Positions 55,531 through 64,000 of a stretch of DNA of 64,000 nucleotides are shown here, piece after piece; the first letter of the stretch is position 1, and each line of letters opens with the position of its first letter. Below the pieces are notes generated by a model. The model saw only the letters and a program-made list of their open reading frames with translations, made no database searches and was not told the origin of the DNA. Origin of the DNA: Octopus sinensis. Taxonomy: Eukaryota. The position numbers and the translations under genes were made by a program. The stretch lies in the NCBI RefSeq assembly GCF_006345805.1, contig NC_042998.1, forward strand, positions 44,144,001 to 44,208,000. The letters run 5' to 3'.

Positions 55531-56009
55531 CACTCTCGTACATATATACATACATGTGCGTGTACCATTTGATAACTGTCATATATGGTTAACATATTAG
55601 TGAAGCATAATACAAATAGGATGTGATAATAATGAATTTTGATTTTAAAACAGTTACAAATAGAAACTCTTCATTCAAGAAGTGTGCTAAATACTTAATC
55701 ATTTGAGAACAATATATTAAGACGACATTTCATTTCAGGTATTATAATGAAATATTATTTTTCAGTTCGTATTTCGCCTGAAACAATACCAAAACTGGTT
55801 TGCATTCTTGGACAACTTTGTGCCACTCAGAGCGATAAGCATGACCAACGAAATTGCGGTAACGATGAAAAAGTAGCACTCAACACATTTACATGGAGCG
55901 ATATATATTTCAACGCAGTTTGACTACGTTGCACGTTACTCGATATGCATGAGCGTCAGAGAAGTTAACATCTTCAGATGTTAGGTTTCAGAATAAATAG
56001 AGATATTTA

Positions 56010-57400
56010 AAATTGCTTCTGGTCGAGAGCAGTTGGTTCTGTTCGGTATGCTTGTCAAAATTATCGTTTTATTATTACTAGGTGTTCTCAGTTTATTATT
56101 TGAATAGTTGTTGGTGTTATGTTTGGATGGTTATCATGAATATTGGAATTATTGCTCTGTTTTTTGGTAGTATAATTCGAGTTATAAATGTTGGCTTTAG
56201 GTTGGTCATATGAGTAATAGTTGATGTCGAGAAGGTTATTTTGAGTACTGACTAATCTTCGCCTAAGTTTACGGTTGTTAATCCTATGAATATTCTGCTC
56301 TAAGTTTGATGAATTTGCATAGGATAGTTTATAGTGTGATGGTTGAATAATTTGCTGTACACTCCATTTTTAGGGAAGCAGCGATTAAGTGCGGTAAAAA
56401 ATTGAGATGCTGGAGTTCCACATTGTGTTATACCAAAGGACGTCATGGTTTTTATATTTTCAGTTAGGTCTGTTTATCTGGGTGTTTGGAGAGTCAACTG
56501 GATTTTTGGGCGTTAGGTGTTTAATTTGTTCTTTATTACAAGTTTTCCCTAACTCATGGTTGATTCTAATGTATCTGGATTTGGTTAGTCTCATCTTATG
56601 GCTTGGGATTCTATTATCTAGATTTTTAACTTCGTGTGTATAGTTATTGTTGTGTTTCGTAATGTTGTTTTAATGAATCGTATTATTACAAGTTGAGTTA
56701 TAAGAGTTATTATTATTACTACTACTACTGCAATATTAGATTTTCTCATGGTATCTGGCGTTAGCTAAAGCTGAGTTATAATAAGGTGCGTGTATGTCGG
56801 ATGTATTTTCATTTGCGGACAACCTGTATATTGTAGCCGAGATGTTATTTACGAGTCCCCTATTTATTGATGGTGGATGATTAGATCCAACCTTGATGTT
56901 ATTTTAGGTTCTCATTAGATTTATGAAACTGTTTGTGTAGACCGGTATCCAAATTAAAAGTATTATCTAAGAGGTTGACTCTACGGTATTCATTGATTAT
57001 AGTTATGTAGAGTCCATTATTTAAAAAAAAACTTAAATAGAGATGTTTTCGTTCTTTTCGCGCTGTACTTTGCTACATTTATGTAGGAAGAATAACGCGT
57101 CATCTCTGTATAGCATTCTAGGAATATAGTCCAGGAATATATAATTGTATCTGGGATAGGAGATGTAAATTCCTGCGAGGTCAGTTACTTGTGCAGAATC
57201 AAATGATGCCACATCAATATCAAACGCATTTGGAGCATCAGATGTATTCCATAAATTATCATCAAAATCTACCAAGGTTCCTCGTATGTGGAAAGATCCG
57301 AAATATTTCTTGCAACGATTATATGTAATTATTCCCAAAGTGTGTATTTGTGTCTACCTTCGTACATAAACATGTATCTTTACTGCTACATGAAATAATA
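56010..57400 (-). mobile_element. Decayed Penelope-like element: RT core through the linker before the GIY-YIG domain
   Basis: ORF 57033-57338 contains FDIDVASFDSAQVTDLAGIYI (PLE FDVTMGSxDGAEVCELVGLY-like) and LYRDDAL. With stops and frameshifts it continues as GLYITII..RVNLLDNTFNLDTG, GSNHPPSI, DVLWYN and FPKNGVYSKLFNHHTI/KLSYANSSNLEQNIHRINNRKL, all in the expected PLE order. Confidence 0.85.
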
Positions 57401-60400
57401 TTTAAAACTTTAAAAATATTTCAGGCTTATTCAGCCCGCCTCGTTTCAGGGTAATTCTGCGCTCAGTTCAATGTCTCCATCGGAAAATCGTGTCAAAGGA
57501 ACACACCATCAAGCTTCAAAACGTTTTTGTCTGCCCTCCTGCAGAAATGTATTTGCTACTATGATTTACCATTTCAAAGTAAAAGCTATAAACTACACAA
57601 TCTAGATTAAGCAATAAGTCTTCAAGACGTAAATTTTTCTGATTTTTTTCTCCCTCATATTGATGTTTTTGTATAGTTGTAGTTGACGTATCACTGAGTT
57701 GCTAGAGGCTAAACTACTCTGATTATATAGCACGTTGAATATAACCACTCTAAGACTTCAAATGGAAACCTATCTCGAAGTATGTAAGTTGAATGTGTAT
57801 ATGCGTCACTATGTGAGTATTTATGTTTGTGCGTGTATGTCTGGTTTAGCAAATGTTACCTATATTTTAATCTTCATATGCGTTTTTCTACATATTATAA
57901 ACATCATTATGCGTATGTGCAAAGCAGAGAGAAAGCGAGAGAAAGAGAGAGAAAGGAGAGTGAGGAGAGAAAAAGCGACAGTGGGGGAGACATAAACAAA
58001 GATAGATGTGAATAGCGGAATAAAAATGCAAAAGAATAAAATGAGCAGACAGTGTAAAAAAAAATGTCAGATATTTAATTTGATCTTTTATTTCGAACTT
58101 CAGTCGTGGAATATAATTCTCATGAGACAATCTGCTTTCTGACTGCAAATATTTCATTTGTATTGCAGGAACAAATGCCTCTATAATTTCAAACATTGTT
58201 GCTGTTTTGAATTTGTTTAATACATCGTACATTTCAACATTTATTCGTTTTCTACTACTTCAGATAGTCAACAGTTATCCGCCTACAATATCGATTTACA
58301 ATAAAGTATTACCTGTCCATTCGACATTCCTATTATTTGGAACGTTGCTGTCGAAATATTTATCCGCAGCTTTATTTACTATAGCGTACCGTGTTATTTA
58401 TCGCCTATATGTTATTTATCACCTATATTTATCACCCATCAGTATGTGTGTGTGTGTATGTGTGTGTGTGTGTTTGGGTGTTTGGATATGTTTGAGTGTG
58501 TGGATGTGTGGGTGTGTGGGTAGTTGTGTTATTAAATCTCAATCTATTTCCATACAATATTGTTCTCTAGCGCATGATTATCCTAACGTTTTTGTCTTGT
58601 ATACACGTTATTTTGTCAAACCAAATACGTATTTTATAAAGATAACTTAGACAATGCTTTAGTTTAGGATTATCTGTAATCGTTCTATACAGAACCAGAC
58701 TACTTAAATCTTAAGAAATCAATATCTGATTAGAAATCATCAATACCATAATTGAAGAAAAATGATTTTTCATCTGGAACGTATTTACTTATTAATCGTT
58801 AATATGATTATTTATTTTTTTAAGTCTTTATCTAGGAATGTTTTCTTTGACGCTAGAAATATATCTTCTTTTATTCCTCATCTAAAATGACAGGAATAAA
58901 TCACAAGAGGCAAAACATTAATTTCATTATAACAATGACAGAGCAAATACTATTATGATAGTAGTAAATTTCGAGAAACATATCTCACTCTATTTCGATG
59001 TCTTGATGAATCTAACTCATTCCATAGATACTACTAATTCTTCAAAATAAGCATGCATAGAATTGGTTTAAGCCGGCTCATCATTTTAAAAAATTGTTTT
59101 AGGACATTAAGCCATAACAGAAAGTTATTAATACGAAATTATTAACTTACAGAACTGTAAGAAGAGCTTTACAAAATGTGACTCTGTTTCTAGATGTTAT
59201 TAGAACAGTGTAGTAGCAGAGACAAGAGAGAGAGAGAGAGGGAGTATCTAGCTAAAAGCATTAAAGTATTTGGTAAAATCTCCTCGTTTCGGAATTTAAA
59301 ATCATTTTGTGGTGTCTGAAGTTTTTCATTTTTCTGGTTTTGAGAAAGCAACTTGTCCCCTAATTTGTTTCAAACAACAAATCGTACTGGTCAACAGCCT
59401 AATAGCAATGCGAAACATCACTATTAGATAGCGTCAATATTGATAGGAAAATCTTCCAGCATATATATATTTCCCTTCTGAGAGTATATCAATACAAACA
59501 TTTCTATTACTCGTTCTACTTCAGTTAACATCCCAAATGTATCTTTGTCAGGTGCCGAAAGTGCTATGACTGCAATACTACTTTGATAAAAACTTATTTA
59601 TGAAAACAGAATTCCGTTTATTTTTCATAGTATTAATGTTTAGAAGATAATAATATAAAATTATGAATGCAATTTCCCGTGAGGTTATCGACTGAGCAAT
59701 TTAATATGAAAAAGAACTCAATAAACATGACAAAATATAAAAGATTGCAAGTAAATATATATTGCGATAGCGCTTAATGCATATGGTGGGGTATACATAT
59801 GAAGACGCCCACACATGTTTACACCTACATATAGTTGAGAGCATATTGTCATATAGATAGACTAGCAGATTATGAACCGAAACTCCACCTTCATTGTTTG
59901 ATGCTCATAACAAAGATTCTCTTTACAACTCTGCCAATTTAGTAAGAATGTACATCAACTGATCTAATTCCCTGGAAAAATAAACTGAGATTTCCTACTT
60001 TCGACTGTTGAATAAAACCTCTCGTATGAGAAAAGTTATTTCAAATATCACCTGATCAATCTGCATCCTAAATTCAAATGCAGTAGTGTTTCATATACCT
60101 TTTAGCTGTGGCACCTGCCCAGGATATATTTCACTGAGAGCTTAACAGCCTGAAATGTGTCAGTTGCTTATAATATTTGGCCTTTAAACACCAGATCCAA
60201 ACTCACACAGTCTATATTTCCAAAAATTGCTGTAATCTCATCACACTAGAAGTTACGTCCCTAGATTGTTATTCGTAGATTTTTAATAAAACTGGAGGAC
60301 ATTTTGTCAACAAATTATAAAGATAACCTCAGTTATTTGAAGCTTTTCATCTCAGCGTATCACATATCAAGAGATCCTTATTGTATTTCAGTTTTGTGAG

Positions 60401-61006
60401 TTTGGTTTATTTCTGTACAAATTTATTTCCATTTCGAAATTATTCTATTTCCGTTTTCTATAAACATGTCGTTCGCTATGATTCATTGGATTGAGTGATT
60501 TATTCAATTTTTGTGTTAATTAGTTTCCAAATTTCAAGTATATACATACATTCATGCATACATACATGTGTCTGTGTGTGTGCGTGTGCGTTCGCGCGCG
60601 TGTATGTGTTTTATTATCTACTATTTAATGTCTTTCTGTATATTAATTTTTTTCCATTATTATTTTTAAATGTTGATTAATATTTCTGATTATAGTGCTA
60701 AAACACGACGGTGTTGATTTATCTATCTTAGTAATATCCGTTATGGAAAGTGATAAATTGTAGAATCTATAGATAACTGGGCAGAATGCCATTACTAGAA
60801 ATATACTTATTCCCTTAACGTCATACTTTCCGAGCTCGATGAGGTTCTTCTGTCTTTCAACACGCCGACATAGCTAGAATTGTACAATTATAACAATCTT
60901 CAAAATATGCGAACATCTAATTTGGTAGAATGCCGATGATGTCTTGGATATTTAGTCTCATTCCTTTAACTTCTTTATTCCAATCTCAATGAGGATCAAA
61001 TATTCT

Positions 61007-61427
61007 GTCATACTCTATGCACAAGGCCCGAAATTTTGGGGGAGGGGGCCAGTCGATTAGATCGAACCCAGTACACAATGGTACTTACTTTATCAACCCC
61101 GAAAGGATGAAAGGCAAAGTCGACCTTGGCAGAATTTGAACTCAGAACGTAAAGACAGATGAAATACCGCTAAACATTTTACCAGGCATGCTAACGATTC
61201 TGCCAGCTCGCGGCCTTGATGAGGTCGAATATTCTTTGCTACTCTAGGCACAAAGCTAGAAATTTTGTAGGAAGGGGCCCAGTCGAATAGATCGACACCA
61301 GTACGCAACTGGTACTTAATTTATCGACCCCAAAAGGATGACAGGCAAAGTCGACCTCGGCGGAATTTGAACTCAGAACGTAAAGACAGACGAAATAGCA
61401 CTAAGGATTCTGCCAGCTCCCCGCCTC
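61007..61427 (-). mobile_element. Two head-to-tail tRNA-derived SINE copies bracketed by three copies of one TSD
   Basis: ATGAGG(A)TC(A/G)AATATT at 60989-61004, 61219-61233 and 61429-61443. Confidence 0.9.
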
Positions 61428-62010
61428 GATGAGGTCAAATATTGACAAAATAAGTTCTAAATGAATGTATGAATCTTCGTGATCAAATGTATCAATCTTC
61501 GTGATCAACGTATTTTAGAGAAGAGTTTCTTTCACTTAATCACCTCATAATCGTTTACTGAATGGATTTAAACTTCTTGAAACTTTTTGGAAACATTCTT
61601 CTAAGCATTACCTTAGTTACCATTTGGTTCTTTTATAAACAGACAATAATATTAATTTTAATATGTTTAAACATCATCTGTTCGGATTTTTATTGCTTTT
61701 GACCAAGTAACATTTATCGTGTTTCAGAACTTCACTATCTGGTATTTGATGATATTAATAATATAATTTCTATGTAGCTTTCTCTGTATAATTCAATAAT
61801 TCGAGAGGTTACAATCAACTACCATAAGTTTATTTTTCTATTTAACAATATTTCTATAAGCTATTAAGCTATGTATTCATCTCAAGAGTGCTAAATAGTC
61901 AGTCTAGCATACCTTCTTATGTATTATTTCTGCGGTGAATAAATACAATATTTTTTGTAGTACCATATATGTGTGAGTGGTTTGGATCTACAACTAGATT
62001 TCCTATATAT

Positions 62011-62089
62011 GCTCCACTGATGAATTTAAATCTAGGTATAACTTGCTTGTGGCTCGAGAGCTAGTGAAGCAGAAACACGTGTCCAGGAG
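62011..62089 (+). ncRNA. Hammerhead-like motif with an expanded stem II, probably degenerate
   Basis: CTCCA-CTGATGA (62017-62023) ... TGCTT..GCTCGAGAGC..AAGCA-GAAAC (62072-62076)-ACGT-GTC-CAGGAG. Stem III is the palindrome ACACGTGT with a GUC triplet; CTCC can pair with GGAG. Confidence 0.4.
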
Positions 62090-62459
62090 TGTCTTCTTTC
62101 CATGCAATAAACTCGTCTCTTTCTTTTATACATTTCATCTCTAGAATATGAGTGGCTTCTGCAGAACATCCGTATGCTCACAAGGTATTTGTTGTCCTAG
62201 AACTACGTTTAAGATTGTTGCTGAAGGCAACATTCTCAGGGACTGAACCCAAATCATTTCTGATACCAAGCGAAATTCTTAAGTTAACCACAGAGCCATA
62301 TTCACATATATAAATGAACACTACATAGATTCTCTCACATATATATATATATATATTATATATATATATATGCATGTAAAAATCAATGAATATATATATA
62401 TATATATATATACATACGTACAAAATGCGCATATATATATATATATACATTTGCAATCA

Positions 62460-62525
<66 letters not shown>

Positions 62526-63200
62526 TAAATGTATGTATATGTGAATGTTTATGTATGTTCTGTGTATGCGTCAGTAATAATTTGCTAAATTAACACGTTT
62601 AAATTTTTTTTAGCAATATTTTAATATGTTGTTTTAAAAGCAGAAATGAAGTCGTACGTAATTACATTTTCATAATATTAAAAAGCTATAAATTATCTGA
62701 TTTATTCTCATATTTTCAATTCTGTGTATTAATATTTGTTAGCATCTTTTGCTTTACTCTTATCTTTTTCCATTTTCTCCCTTTACTTACTCTCATTCTT
62801 TTTGCTAATCCATCTATTTATTTTAAATTTACTATTCGAATAAATATCTGATTGGAAACATTCTTGTTATGCGACATTGTAACAATGTAAAATATGGTAT
62901 ATAATTTGTCAATTTAAAAACTTTCAATATAAAACTAACTTCTGTGTCAATCTGAAAATTAAATACAATGTTTATATTTTGCAGGTTTCTATCGCATAGT
63001 GGGCAACATGGTTAGGACTTACTGACTAATCTTTATTGATATACTACGCAACTTTCTCTCCACGAATAGATTTGTGGCTTATAGTAGCAGTTCTCGACCT
63101 CTCTTATACAATTAATTGGTTTCCTGCAAAATAATTGTCTCACGGACCAGAGGAACACACATAACAAAATACAATACAGTGCATAATATATGATTTAACA

Positions 63201-63431
63201 GGGCAGCGAGCCTGCAGAGTCGTTAGCACACAGAGCGAAATGCTTACCGCTATTTCGTCTGCCGTTATGTTCTGAGTTCAAATTCCGCCGAGGTCAACTT
63301 TGCCTTTCATTCTTTCGGGGTTGATTAAACAAGTACCAGTTACGCACTGGGTTTGATGTAATCGACTTAATCCCTTTGTCTGTCCTTGTTTGTGCCTTCT
63401 TTGTTTAGCTCCCTGTGACAATAAAGAAAGA
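63201..63431 (+). mobile_element. tRNA-derived SINE with a 16-bp TSD
   Basis: B box GTTCAAATTCC. TSD aatatatgatttaaca is at 63185-63200 and 63432-63447. Confidence 0.92.
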
Positions 63432-64000
63432 AATATATGATTTAACAACGACATATATGCTTTAACTATTACGTTTATTATACACATATCTATGTTATGC
63501 ATAATACATATATATTGAATATATATTACATATATTATGCGTATATGACAGAGCTAATCTGATTAATCTAATTTACGTAATTGTGTAAACATTAGCAATG
63601 GTGACACCATACATAACTATTTACTGCTAAACAATTCGTGAACAGAAAATAGTTGCGTTTCTCTGATGAAACTAAGAAAACTAAAAACTGGCCAGGTCAG
63701 TCTCCAACTAAAGAAATAAGACCTACATTGAACTCATTTAGCATACTCTATAATTGAATGTTTATTAAAATTTATACTTCATATAATATTACATTTGAAA
63801 TGCAGCCATATGCGCTCTCACGGCTCCATATACGTGGCTGTTAATTTCAAGGATATGTTATTTGACAAAATAGAGGCAACGTTTATGATTTTAGAAGGTA
63901 AATTATGGTAAATGCAGTAGTCTATCAATAAGCAGGTTGTAAATGACGGGAGAAATACTTTAATACTTTATATGAATTAGAAAAACAAACAAAAAAAATG

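Noticed and set aside
57033-57338. 101-aa ORF first taken for a host exon or novel protein family
   Set aside because: It contains PLE RT motifs (YRDD, FD..ASFDSAQV.DLAG) and continues into further PLE sequence.
58169-58441. 273-nt phase 1-1 open frame between ttgcag| and |gtatgt
   Set aside because: The 3' part is a degenerate 18-bp tandem repeat running into (TG)n. The composition is typical of AT-rich non-coding frames and no family is recognisable.

Overview
AT-rich eukaryotic genomic DNA crowded with microsatellites. The SINE families and repeat landscape look like an octopus (coleoid cephalopod) genome; this is inferred from repeat recognition, not a database match. Most ORFs in the supplied track are translated microsatellites (YIYI, VCVC, LSIY, THTH) and are not genes. 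What the sequence supports is mostly mobile DNA: (1) many copies of a tRNA-derived SINE, several with clear target-site duplications and internal ~185-bp tandem units, plus a CORE-type SINE; (2) LINE relics of the CR1, RTE and Tx1/L1 clades; (3) two different Penelope-like (PLE) reverse-transcriptase relics and several PLE-type terminal repeats, three of them with hammerhead-ribozyme-like cores; (4) several long inverted repeats. No host gene can be named with confidence. The best host-gene candidate is a pair of phase-compatible plus-strand exons (14712-14819 and 20658-20865) whose joined translation resembles a plexin/MET-type IPT domain. The most interesting observations are a young-looking Tx1-clade element sitting inside a (GATA)n microsatellite, the minimal hammerhead motifs, SINE multimers sharing one junction, and two SINEs bracketed by three copies of the same target-site duplication. 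No tRNA, rRNA or CRISPR features were found.
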